Of a stretch of 43,959 nt of DNA, positions 21,450 through 30,529 are shown piece after piece. Each line of letters begins with the position of its first letter. The first letter of the stretch is position 1. Both the position numbers and the translations under genes were made by a program. Origin of the DNA: Kofleriaceae bacterium (GTDB taxonomy: Bacteria > Myxococcota_A > Polyangia > Haliangiales > Haliangiaceae); the NCBI GenBank assembly GCA_046597055.1, contig JBKJLC010000225.1:1-43959 (forward strand), given 5' to 3'. The notes beneath the pieces were generated by a model that worked only from the letters and a program-made list of their open reading frames with translations, ran no database searches and was not told the DNA's origin.

Positions 21450-23015
21450 ATGACTGCCAGATCGAACGTCGTGAGTGATGTTCCCGAGCGCATCGGCAAG
21501 CATCAGGTCCTCGGGTTCCTCGCGAGCGGCGGCATGGCCGAGATCTTTCTCGGTCGCGAGCCGTCGTCGGGACAGCCGGTGGTGATCAAGCGGATCCTTC
21601 CCCACCTCGCCCGGCAGTCGAGCTTCGTCTCGATGTTCATCGACGAGGCGCGCATCGGCACGATGATCCGCCACCCGAACGTCGTCGAGACCTACGAGCT
21701 CGGTCAGGTCGGCCACGACCTGTTCATGGTGATGGAGCACCTCGCCGGCGAGAACCTGGCCAGCCTGCTGCGTCGGCTGGTCGTGCGCGACGAGCGGCTC
21801 GCGTACGGCCTCGCGACTCACGTGGTCGCCGAGGCGTGCCTCGGGCTCCACGCCGCGCACCAGCTGCACGATGCCGGGCACCCGCTCGGCCTGGTCCATC
21901 GCGACGTCTCGCTCCACAACGTGTTCGTCACCTACGACGGCGCGGTGAAGGTGCTCGATTTCGGCATCGCGACGGCGACCCACCGCCTGAGCCAGACCGC
22001 GACCGGACAGCTCAAGGGCAAGTTCTCGTACATGTCCCCGGAGCAGTGCCGGGGCGAGCCACTCGACGCGCGCTCCGACGTGTTCTCGCTCGGCATCGTG
22101 CTCTACGAGCTCACCATGCAGCGCCGGCTGTTCGCGCGCTCGAACGAGATGCTCGTGCTCAAGGCGGTGTGCGAGGCGCCGGTCCCGCACCCGTCGCGCG
22201 ATCGCCGCGATTACCCCGCGTTCCTCGAGGAGATCTGTCTGCGCGCGCTCGACCGCGATCGCGACCGGCGCTACGCGAGCGCGCAGCAGATGCACGACGA
22301 CCTGGTCGTGCAGCGCCAGCTGCTGCTCGGCGACGCCGACCCGCGCGAGCTGCTCGCGACCGAGATGCACCGGTTGTTCGAGGCGCGGGTAGCCGAGAAG
22401 CGGCAGATGCTCCAGCACGTGCGGGCCGGCACCGACCTCGGGGTCCTGCCGTCGACCGAGGCCGACGAGGGCGTGGTGGTGCCGGTCGCCACGCAGAGCA
22501 CCGGCTCGGCGCTGCCGTCGGTGGTCGAGGCGATCCCGGGCCGGCGTCCGCCCCGGCGGGTCCGGCGCGTGCTGTCGGCGGTCGCGATCGCGCTCGTGGC
22601 GTGCGGTGGCGTGATCGCGGTCCCGGCCGTCCGCGATCAGGTCGCGGCCGGCATCATCGAGCCGCAGCCGCCGGCGCGCGCGCGGCCCGCGGCAGCGCCG
22701 ACCGTGGCGGCGAGCCCGCAGGTCGCGGCGATCCCGCTGCCCGCCGTTCCGTCGGAGGTCGTGGTGCTGATCGAGTCCACGCCGGCAGGCGCGCACCTCA
22801 CCATCGACGGCGCGGCCCACGGCGTCACGCCGCACGAGCTGCGGCTGGCACCGGGCGCGGCGCCGGTCGAGCTCGAGCTGCGCCGGCGCGGCTACGCGAC
22901 GGTGCGGCAGACCGTCGACGTCGATCGCGATCAGCGACTGGTGCTCGCGTTGCGCAAGCATGACCGGGCCCGCGGCGGCCCGCCGGTCCGCAGCGGCTTT
23001 CACCGCTTCGACTGA
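21450..23015 (+). CDS. Hanks-type Ser/Thr protein kinase with TM helix and PEGA domain
   Basis: GGMAEIF, VVIK, HRDVSLHN, DFGIA, YMSPEQ, DVFSLG; IESTPAGA..IDG..GVTP. Confidence 0.95.
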   Translation: MTARSNVVSDVPERIGKHQVLGFLASGGMAEIFLGREPSSGQPVVIKRILPHLARQSSFVSMFIDEARIGTMIRHPNVVETYELGQVGHDLFMVMEHLAGENLASLLRRLVVRDERLAYGLATHVVAEACLGLHAAHQLHDAGHPLGLVHRDVSLHNVFVTYDGAVKVLDFGIATATHRLSQTATGQLKGKFSYMSPEQCRGEPLDARSDVFSLGIVLYELTMQRRLFARSNEMLVLKAVCEAPVPHPSRDRRDYPAFLEEICLRALDRDRDRRYASAQQMHDDLVVQRQLLLGDADPRELLATEMHRLFEARVAEKRQMLQHVRAGTDLGVLPSTEADEGVVVPVATQSTGSALPSVVEAIPGRRPPRRVRRVLSAVAIALVACGGVIAVPAVRDQVAAGIIEPQPPARARPAAAPTVAASPQVAAIPLPAVPSEVVVLIESTPAGAHLTIDGAAHGVTPHELRLAPGAAPVELELRRRGYATVRQTVDVDRDQRLVLALRKHDRARGGPPVRSGFHRFD

Positions 23016-23072
23016 CGTCCCGGGCGGTGCTCGCGCGGTGGCAGACGTTCGCGCTGGCTGCCGTCGCGCACG

Positions 23073-23969
23073 TCAGCGCGTGTGGGCGGCAAGCCAGGCG
23101 AGCAGCTCGGGACGCCAGCTGCTCGACCAGCTGGGCGTGTGGCTGCCGTCCTCGATCGTCCACAGATCGACCGCGCCCTCGGCTGGACAGCCCCCGAACG
23201 ACTCGGTCTGGGTCTCGGTCCCGGCGAGCGAGCCGTCGAGATCCTTGCGGGCGCCCGCGGCGCGCGGACCGGTGCAGCCGTCGTGGCCGGCCCACTGGGT
23301 CGCGCTGGCGACCGCGCCCAGGCCCCGGCCGCCGGCCTGGTACGAGATGGTCTCGTCCATGGTGCCGTGGATGTGCAGCACGTTGACCGGGCGCGACGGC
23401 GTGCAGGTCGATGCGGTCGAGGCGGCGCCACCGGCGAGGGCCGCGATCGCCGAGATGACATCGGCGCGCTCGCAGGCGAGGCGGTAGGCCATGAACGCGC
23501 CGTTGGAGTGCCCGACCACCTGGATGCGCTTCGGGTCGATCGGCCAGTCGGCGCTGACCGCGTCGATCAGGCCGCCAAGATAGGCGACGTCGTCGACCCC
23601 CGTGTTGCCGAAGTCGCAGCAGGCCGGGTCGGCGTTCCAGAATTGCCGGTTATTCGAATCGACCGTGCCGTCGGGGGCGAGGACGAACCTGGTCTCGGCC
23701 TGGGCGAGGTCGCCGAGCTGGAGGTACGCCTGCTGGACGAAGCCGTTGGCGGAGTAGCCATGCAGGACGAGCGTCAGCGGATAGGTACGGCCGGCCTCGA
23801 GCTCGCCCGGGGTCTGCAGCGTGGCCGGCCGGGCGCCGCCGTAGACGGTGGGCCGCACCACGGCGGCGTCGGGGACGACGTCGTCGTCGCTGGCGCCATC
23901 GCTTCCGCAGCCGGCGAGCGAGGCGCCGAGGAGAAGCGAGACGGCGACGGAGGCGGTTGGGTTGCGCAC
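23073..23969 (-). CDS. Lipoprotein alpha/beta hydrolase (PHB depolymerase/LpqC-like esterase)
   Basis: Lipobox LAGC; LHGY, WNA..ACC, DDVAYL, GHSNG nucleophile motif, IHGT.D, GSH. Confidence 0.9.
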   Translation of the reverse strand: MRNPTASVAVSLLLGASLAGCGSDGASDDDVVPDAAVVRPTVYGGARPATLQTPGELEAGRTYPLTLVLHGYSANGFVQQAYLQLGDLAQAETRFVLAPDGTVDSNNRQFWNADPACCDFGNTGVDDVAYLGGLIDAVSADWPIDPKRIQVVGHSNGAFMAYRLACERADVISAIAALAGGAASTASTCTPSRPVNVLHIHGTMDETISYQAGGRGLGAVASATQWAGHDGCTGPRAAGARKDLDGSLAGTETQTESFGGCPAEGAVDLWTIEDGSHTPSWSSSWRPELLAWLAAHTR

Positions 23970-24004
23970 GCCCGCACCCTGCCACCCGGTGCCACGCTCC
24001 GCAA

Positions 24005-24025
24005 CTGTTGACCGACTGTCAACAG
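24005..24025. promoter_or_regulatory. Perfect inverted repeat CTGTTGAC-N5-GTCAACAG, putative operator
   Basis: 8-bp dyad in the divergent intergenic region; contains TTGACA on the minus strand. Confidence 0.5.
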
Positions 24026-24230
24026 CCGGTCCCGGCGCGCGGCAGCCCACGCGACCTGTGACTGCTCGCACGAACGAGCCAACCATGGGCCGCGGCTGCC
24101 TCGATGGCGACGAGGCCGCGGACGGGGTGGGCGCCAGCCCTGGCGGGCCACGGCCGCTGGCCGTGGTTCGCGCCGGGTCGCAGGCGCGCGGCCGCGTGCG
24201 TCGGCTGGTCGTGGGCTACCCTCGCGGCCC

Positions 24231-25004
24231 ATGTCGAATCCCATCCCGCACAACTGGGATCTGCCGCAGGGGTTCCGCGATCGCTTCGGCGCGCGGGCCG
24301 GACGCCAGCGCGTGATGAGCGCAGATGGCCACGTCCTGATCGTGCTCCACGAGGTGCCGTCGCCGGCGGAGCCTGACGTGCGCAACGCCCGGCTGTTCTG
24401 GCGCAAGCCCGACGGCAGCTGGCGGTCGACCGGCTCGAACGCGACCAGCATCGCCGGGCTGCGCGCGCACCTCGAGGAGTTCGACACCGCCGCCGACGGG
24501 CTCGAGGCGCGCGCCGACAAGGCGGTCGTCGCCCAGGACTGGTTCGACGTGCTGTACCACTCGGCGCCGCTGCTGCGGACCGCGCGTAACCTGAGCAAGG
24601 CGCTGCAGGAGGCCCGCGAGCTGGTGAAGACCGACCGCGAGCTGATCGGGCTGCGCGACCAGGCCCAGGAGGTCGAGCGCACGGTCGAGCTGATCCACGG
24701 CCACGCCCGCGACGGCCTCGACTTCACGGTCGCGCGCAACGCCGAGGACAACGCGCGCAACTCGCTGCACGTCAGCGAGGCCGGTCACCGCCTCAACCTG
24801 ATCGCCGCGCTGTTCCTCCCGATCACCGCGCTCGGCTCGCTGCTCGGCATGAACCTCGAGCACGGCTTCGAGAAGTGGGAGGCGCCCTGGGCGTTCTGGG
24901 TGGTCGCGGGGGCCGCGTTCCTGCTCGGCATGGTGGTCCGCACGTCGCTGCCGAAGCCGCCGCCCGCGCCCAAGCCCCCGGCGGGTCCGACCGGCGGCCG
25001 GTAG
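24231..25004 (+). CDS. CorA-family divalent cation transporter-like protein
   Basis: LNLIAALFLPIT...LLGMN signature, two C-terminal TM helices. Confidence 0.85.
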   Translation: MSNPIPHNWDLPQGFRDRFGARAGRQRVMSADGHVLIVLHEVPSPAEPDVRNARLFWRKPDGSWRSTGSNATSIAGLRAHLEEFDTAADGLEARADKAVVAQDWFDVLYHSAPLLRTARNLSKALQEARELVKTDRELIGLRDQAQEVERTVELIHGHARDGLDFTVARNAEDNARNSLHVSEAGHRLNLIAALFLPITALGSLLGMNLEHGFEKWEAPWAFWVVAGAAFLLGMVVRTSLPKPPPAPKPPAGPTGGR

Positions 25005-25129
25005 CTCACGCCCGCGGATGCTGCATCGGCGGCGGCCCGTCGTGCGGCGGCGCGCCGGGCGGCAGGTAGGTCGGCGGGCGGGGTGCCTCGGGCACCGCGA
25101 CCGGCCCGAGGAGGTAAGCTCGGCGCCGC

Positions 25130-26242
25130 ATGGCCGACCTCGATCCCGCCGTCGAGTTGCTCCCCGACGTGCCGATCACGAACCCCGACGCCGACCTGCT
25201 CGGCCGCGCGCCGATCGCGCGCCGGCTGTGCGAGCTCGCGTGTGCGCAGCCGCTGGCGGCGCCCCGCGTGATCGCCCTGTGCGGCGGTGACGGCAGCGGC
25301 AAGAGCTCGGTGCTCAACCTGGCCGCGTCGATGCTGGTCGAGCGGGCCGACGTCGCGCTGGTGAAGATCGACGGCGCCGACAACAGTGGTGCCGAGTCGC
25401 TGATCGCCGAGATGCTCGCCTATCTGCAGGACTTCTTCAGCAGCGCCGGTGTGGTCGATGCATCGGTGTCGGTGCGCGACACGCTCGCGCAGTATGGCGG
25501 CGTGGTCTCGGACCTCGCGCGCATCGCCGGGGTCAAGGTCGACCTGGCCGGCGCGGTCCGCCGCTCGGCCGACAGCGTGCGGGCCGAGATCGCCGAGATG
25601 ACCCAGGAGCTCGGCAAGCGGATCGTGATCGTGCTCGATCACGTCGACCGGTTGCCGGCGCGCGAGCTCGGCCTGCTGCTGGTCGCGCTGCGGCTCTACG
25701 GCGCGATCCCGTACGTCACGCTCGTGCTCGCCTACGACCGGCGCGCCCACACCCTGCGGTCGCGCGCCGGCGAGGTCGACGCCGCCGCGTTCGAGCGGCT
25801 GGTGCAGGTCGAGCTGGTGCTGCCCGCGGCCGAGCGGGTGTTGCTGGCGCGGCTGCTGGCCGGCGGGCTGGCCCGGGCCGCCGCCCGGCTCGGGCGCGAC
25901 ATCGACGCCGCGCTGCCGCTGTTCGATCCCGACGGCCCCGACGGTGGCCTGGTGCTCGAGCTGTGCGACTCGCCGCGGGACGCCAAGCGCACGATCAACG
26001 CGCTGGCCGCCGCGCTGCCGCTGATCCCGGCGTCCACCGATCTGCGCGACGCCTGTCTCGAGATCGCGCTGCGCCTGCTGGTGCCCGAGCTCGATGGCCC
26101 GCGCCTCGACGGACGCCGCCGGCTGGGCGAGGCGCCGGCCGCGCGGCAGGCGCTGACCGCCGAGCTCGAGGCGCTGGTCGTTGGCAGCCGCCGGGTCGGA
26201 GCCGCGCGCGCCGCCATCCGCGCGCTGGTGCGCGGCCGGTAG
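25130..26242 (+). CDS. KAP-family P-loop NTPase
   Basis: DVPI...DLLGR, GGDGSGKSSVLN, IVIVLDHVDRL, LAYD, SPRDAKRTIN. Confidence 0.85.
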   Translation: MADLDPAVELLPDVPITNPDADLLGRAPIARRLCELACAQPLAAPRVIALCGGDGSGKSSVLNLAASMLVERADVALVKIDGADNSGAESLIAEMLAYLQDFFSSAGVVDASVSVRDTLAQYGGVVSDLARIAGVKVDLAGAVRRSADSVRAEIAEMTQELGKRIVIVLDHVDRLPARELGLLLVALRLYGAIPYVTLVLAYDRRAHTLRSRAGEVDAAAFERLVQVELVLPAAERVLLARLLAGGLARAAARLGRDIDAALPLFDPDGPDGGLVLELCDSPRDAKRTINALAAALPLIPASTDLRDACLEIALRLLVPELDGPRLDGRRRLGEAPAARQALTAELEALVVGSRRVGAARAAIRALVRGR

Positions 26243-26258
26243 CGCCGCCGGCGTCAGA

Positions 26259-27176
26259 TCAGGCGAGCAGCGCGGCCAGGGTCGAGAGCGGGCCGTTCTG
26301 GCCGGGCGTGCGGCCGCGCAGGGCGCGCGCGTGGGCGAGCAGCGCCTCGTAGCGGCTGTGGCGGACGTCGTCGCGGAACGCGGCGCGCTCGCGCTCGCCG
26401 CCAGTGAGGATGCCGTCGGCCAGCTCGCGGGCGGCCGCGGCCAGGCTCGACGGCTCGAGCCACGCGCCGTGGCGCCGACACACGGCCGCGCGTCCGGCCG
26501 GGGTCGCCAGGTTCTTCAGCACCAGCCGCTCGCGACAGACCGGGCAGCCGCTGATCGTGCCGCCGCGGGCCGGGTGGATCGCCGCCCGCGCCAGCAGCCC
26601 GGGCACCAGCGCGCCCGCCACCGCCGGATCGAACACGAGCCGGGTCAGCTCGAGCACGTCGAGGAACACGCCCCCGCAGCCGTGGCACTCGTCGAGGTCG
26701 AGGTTGCCCAGCGCGCGCTGCACCAGCGGCGCGCGACAGCGCGGACAGCCGCCACGCGACGGCCGCACCGCCAGCCGCCGGGTCGGCGCCGACCGCTCGC
26801 GCCGGATCCGGGTGGGCGCGTCGTCGTCGACCGCGAAGTCGCCGGCATCGAGCCGCGCGAACGGCGCGGTCGGGCCCGGCGAGGGCAGGGTCGGGACCGG
26901 AGTGCCCTCGGCCCAGGTGGCCGGGCGGGCGGACCCCTTGGGCGCCGCCGCGGTGCCGCAGGCCATGCAGAAGGCGTGGCCGGCGAACATCGTCGCGGGG
27001 CAGCTCGTGCAACCGGTGGAGAACAACGGCTCCGTGCAGCGCGGGCACTCACCGCCGCGCGACGGGGCCAGCGCCGCGCAGTCTGGACACGGCAGCAGGC
27101 CGACCTCGGAGCGCGCGACGAGCGGCGCCGACCAGGGACCGGGACGCGCATTCGAGTCGGTACGGGCGTCGCTCAT
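26259..27176 (-). CDS. Multi zinc-ribbon protein (double zinc ribbon plus two zf-TFIIB-like domains)
   Basis: CPDC/CPRC/CTSC/CMAC; CPRC...DECHGCGGVFLD..EL; CPVC...CRRHGAWLE. Confidence 0.8.
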   Translation of the reverse strand: MSDARTDSNARPGPWSAPLVARSEVGLLPCPDCAALAPSRGGECPRCTEPLFSTGCTSCPATMFAGHAFCMACGTAAAPKGSARPATWAEGTPVPTLPSPGPTAPFARLDAGDFAVDDDAPTRIRRERSAPTRRLAVRPSRGGCPRCRAPLVQRALGNLDLDECHGCGGVFLDVLELTRLVFDPAVAGALVPGLLARAAIHPARGGTISGCPVCRERLVLKNLATPAGRAAVCRRHGAWLEPSSLAAAARELADGILTGGERERAAFRDDVRHSRYEALLAHARALRGRTPGQNGPLSTLAALLA

Positions 27177-27330
27177 GGAAACCAGGGTGGGCGCGTTGCC
27201 CCCGCGGTTGCGTGGCAGTGGACGGCAATCACCGAACGCATCGGGATGGATCCGGTCACGGCCCGGCAGCGACGCTGATCCGGCGACCTCGGGCAGCGCA
27301 TCCGCGCGGCGCTCGCCGCATCCGGAGTGG

Positions 27331-28203
27331 CTACTGGCAGGCGCGGTCGCGCGGCGGGCAGCGGAAGCGGACGTGCATGTGGTCGTCGTGGTGCGGCTCG
27401 TGCCGCACCAGGCCCCCGCCGCCGGCGATGCCATGCGGGTACTGGAACAGCCGGTCGAGATAGCGCTCGTCGACGCCGCGATCCTGGGCCCACTCGTAGA
27501 GCAGCCCCTGGACCTGGTAGTCGAGGAAGATCGCCTGGACCCCGGCCGGATCGTCGGCGGTGCGGGCGAACCCGACCAGCAGGTCCCAGGTCGCCGCGCG
27601 GTCGAGGTTGGTCGGCGTGGCGCGGGCGAACGCCTGCGGGTACGCCGCGGGCCGCTGGCGGAAGTAGAAGCCGATGTCGACATCGCGGCCCGACTGGTGC
27701 GAGCTGTGCTCGGTGATCCAGCCGCCCCGGATCGCCGACAGGTCGCCGATGGCCAGCGTGTGCAGCTCGGGGTGATCGTCGCGCACCCGCGCGATCGCGT
27801 CGCGGATGGTCGCGACCATCGCGGCGGTGCCGTACGCGCGCAGCGGGCGCCGGATCAGGTAGCCGCGGCCGCCGGGCAGCCGGGTCGGACGCCGGAGCGA
27901 GCCCTTCCAGGGCCGGCCGACGCTCTGGCCGGCGACGGCGACCTCGACCACCGCGACCCGTCGCGCCGGCCGAGGCCGGGTGGGCTGGCGGACGCCGCAC
28001 ACCGGCACCTTCAGGGTCTGGCCGGGGTGGATCGTGCTCGAGCCGAGCCGGTTTGCCTTCTTGAGGTCGGCGACCGAGCAGTCGTACTTGCGCGCGATCT
28101 GGTAGAGGCTCTGCCCGTTGGCGACCTTGACCCGCGCCTGGAGCTCGGCGGCGGCGGTACCGGTGCTGACGATCACGGCAAGGAGCGCGAGGCTGGTGCG
28201 CAC
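27331..28203 (-). CDS. LysM-domain penicillin-insensitive murein endopeptidase (MepA-like)
   Basis: Signal peptide; GQSLYQIARKY...LKKAN...GQTLKVP; GDLS..GG...HSSHQSGRDVD; HDDHMHVR. Confidence 0.9.
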   Translation of the reverse strand: MRTSLALLAVIVSTGTAAAELQARVKVANGQSLYQIARKYDCSVADLKKANRLGSSTIHPGQTLKVPVCGVRQPTRPRPARRVAVVEVAVAGQSVGRPWKGSLRRPTRLPGGRGYLIRRPLRAYGTAAMVATIRDAIARVRDDHPELHTLAIGDLSAIRGGWITEHSSHQSGRDVDIGFYFRQRPAAYPQAFARATPTNLDRAATWDLLVGFARTADDPAGVQAIFLDYQVQGLLYEWAQDRGVDERYLDRLFQYPHGIAGGGGLVRHEPHHDDHMHVRFRCPPRDRACQ

Positions 28204-28306
28204 GAGTCCTCCACGACGACTGCGACGACGAGCTGACGATGGTCGCCGCGATCGCCGGGCCGGATCCAGTTTTCTCCGATCAGGGGGGCAGGCTCGCCGG
28301 GCTCGC

Positions 28307-29344
28307 TCACGGCCGGCAGCCGCGCTCGATCTTGGCCAGGACCGCGGTCAGGTCCTCCTCGAGGTCGCGCGTGAAGTCCTTGCGGTCGAGGCGGTCGGCC
28401 ACCTCGACCATCCGGCGCACCGGCCCGCAGGCGGCGTGGACCCGGGCGAACCCGTCGTAGCTGGCCTTGTACACCCGCAGCTCGACCAGGCTCGCGTTGT
28501 TGGGCTTCTCCCACAGCTTCAGCTCGTCGGCGAGCCGGTCGATGATGCCGGCCTTGGTCCGCAGCTTGTCGGCGTCGGCGCGGCTCGACTTGTACAGCAC
28601 GTCGAGCTCGCCGTAGGCGGCCAGGCTGCGCGCGATCCGCTCGCTGCGGCGCACCTGCTCGGCGTGCCAGGCAAGCTGCTCGGCCGCGCCGGCCCCGAAC
28701 CGCTCGACCAGCCAGAGGTCGGTCATGGCGTCGCCGACGTACTCGGCCAGCCCTTCGTTGAAGTACGGCTGGTCCGGGATGAAGACGGTCGCGTGCACCG
28801 ACTCGTGGAGGACGACGTTGGCCAGCTCGGCGTGGGCGTCGTCGTCGGGCGACAGCATCGACGACGTGATGGGGTCGGCGAACCAGCCGCCGGTCGAGTA
28901 GGCGCCGGCCGGGCGCGCCATCGCGTCCCAGCCTTCGCGGCGCAGTCGGTCGCGGTGGGCGACCGCGTCGCGCTCGTCGAACCAGCCGAGGCCGGTGAAG
29001 CAGCCCGCGATCGGGAAGCACCAGCGGCGCGGCTCGAACGACAGCGCCTGGGCGGCGCCCACGAACCACACGGTGCCGCTGGCCGGGACCTCGACGAACG
29101 TGCGGTAGGCGCGGCCGGTGTCGAGGCCCATCCGGGTCCCGAACGACCGGATGCCATCGATCTCGGCGAGCAGGATCCGGGTCCGCAGCGGCGTCTCCGG
29201 ATCGTCGAGCACCTCGTCGATCGGCCGGGCCCGCGCGAGCAGGTCGAGCTGCCCATGCGCGGCCTGGGCCAGGTAGCGCGTCATCATGCAGCCGCTCGCC
29301 GCCAGCGCGGCGGCGGCGACGATGGCGAGTCCGCGTCGGCTCAC
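28307..29344 (-). CDS. Putative zinc aminopeptidase lipoprotein (DUF2265-type)
   Basis: Lipobox ASGC; WCFPIAGC, AYSTGGWFADP, HESVH...FNEGLA. Confidence 0.88.
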   Translation of the reverse strand: MSRRGLAIVAAAALAASGCMMTRYLAQAAHGQLDLLARARPIDEVLDDPETPLRTRILLAEIDGIRSFGTRMGLDTGRAYRTFVEVPASGTVWFVGAAQALSFEPRRWCFPIAGCFTGLGWFDERDAVAHRDRLRREGWDAMARPAGAYSTGGWFADPITSSMLSPDDDAHAELANVVLHESVHATVFIPDQPYFNEGLAEYVGDAMTDLWLVERFGAGAAEQLAWHAEQVRRSERIARSLAAYGELDVLYKSSRADADKLRTKAGIIDRLADELKLWEKPNNASLVELRVYKASYDGFARVHAACGPVRRMVEVADRLDRKDFTRDLEEDLTAVLAKIERGCRP

Positions 29345-29751
29345 AGCGCCTGGGCGATGGCGGCGGCGACCACGCCCCCTTCGTCGTCGCCCAGCTTGGC
29401 CGGCTTCCACACGATCCCCAGCCCCTGACCGGCGAGCTTGGGGATCAGGTGGAAGTGCACGTGGAACACCGCCTGGTGAGCGTCCTGGCCGTTGTTCTGC
29501 AACAGGTTATAGGCGGTCGCGCCGCTGACCTTCATCACCGCCCGCGCCAGCCGCGGCAGGACCCGGCCGATGGCGGCGGCCGACGCGTCCGATAGCTGGT
29601 CGAGGGTCTCGGCCGGCTCCTTGGGGATCACGAGGGTGTGGCCCTTGGCCAGCGGGAAGATGTCGAGGAACGCCAGCACGTGGTCGTCCTCGTAGACCTT
29701 GTGACAGGGCAGCTGCCCGCGCAGGATCTTCGTGAAGATGGTCTCGGCCAT
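29341..29751 (-). CDS. HIT (histidine triad) family protein
   Basis: TIFTKI, AFLDIFP, GHTLVIPK, QAVFHVHFHLIP. Confidence 0.95.
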   Translation of the reverse strand: MAETIFTKILRGQLPCHKVYEDDHVLAFLDIFPLAKGHTLVIPKEPAETLDQLSDASAAAIGRVLPRLARAVMKVSGATAYNLLQNNGQDAHQAVFHVHFHLIPKLAGQGLGIVWKPAKLGDDEGGVVAAAIAQAL

Positions 29752-29821
29752 GCCGCGATGGTAGCCGACGATGCACGAGCGGTGGATGTCGGCCCGATCG
29801 AACCGCCGCGCGCGACCGGCG

Positions 29822-30529
29822 CTACGGGTCGAACCGGTAGCCCGAGCCGCGCACCGTGATCAGGTGACGTGGCCGCTCCGGGTCTTCTTCGAGCCGCTTG
29901 CGCAGCTGACCGACGAAGTTGTCGACCGTGCGCGGCGAGCCGGCGCTCTGGCCCCACACCGTCGCCAGCAGGCGGTGGCGGGTGAACACCTGCGACGGGT
30001 GGCGGACGAAGAACCACAGCAGCTCGAACTCGAGGTGGGTCAGCTTGACCGCGCACTGCTTGCGGTTGACCGTGCGCTGGGCGTGGTCGACCACGACGTC
30101 CGCAAACCGGACGATCTCGCCGACCGGCGAGGGCGGGAGCTCGACGACCAGCGGCGCCGCCGAACGACGCAGGACCGCGTCGATGCGGGCCAGCAGCTCG
30201 GCCAGCGCGAACGGCTTGGTGACGTAGTCGTCGGCGCCCAGCCGCAGGGCCGCGACCTTGTCGAACTCGCCCTCGCGCGCCGACAGCACGATCACCGGCA
30301 CGATGTTGTCGGACTCGCGCATCGCGGCCAGGACCTCGAGCCCGTTCTTGCGCGGCAGGTTGATGTCGAGCAGCACCAGGTCGAAGATCTGGTCAGCGAT
30401 GGCCTCGAGCGCGATCACGCCGTCGGGGGCGACGAGGGTGTCGTGGCCGGCGAGGCGCAGGTTGAGGGACAGGCCGGTGGCGATGGCCTCGTCGTCCTCG
30501 ACGATCAGGATCTGGCGGTTGGGGCTCAC
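29822..30529 (-). CDS. OmpR/PhoB-family response regulator
   Basis: IVEDD, LLDINLP, GADDYVTKPF, LITVRGSGYRF. Confidence 0.95.
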   Translation of the reverse strand: MSPNRQILIVEDDEAIATGLSLNLRLAGHDTLVAPDGVIALEAIADQIFDLVLLDINLPRKNGLEVLAAMRESDNIVPVIVLSAREGEFDKVAALRLGADDYVTKPFALAELLARIDAVLRRSAAPLVVELPPSPVGEIVRFADVVVDHAQRTVNRKQCAVKLTHLEFELLWFFVRHPSQVFTRHRLLATVWGQSAGSPRTVDNFVGQLRKRLEEDPERPRHLITVRGSGYRFDP

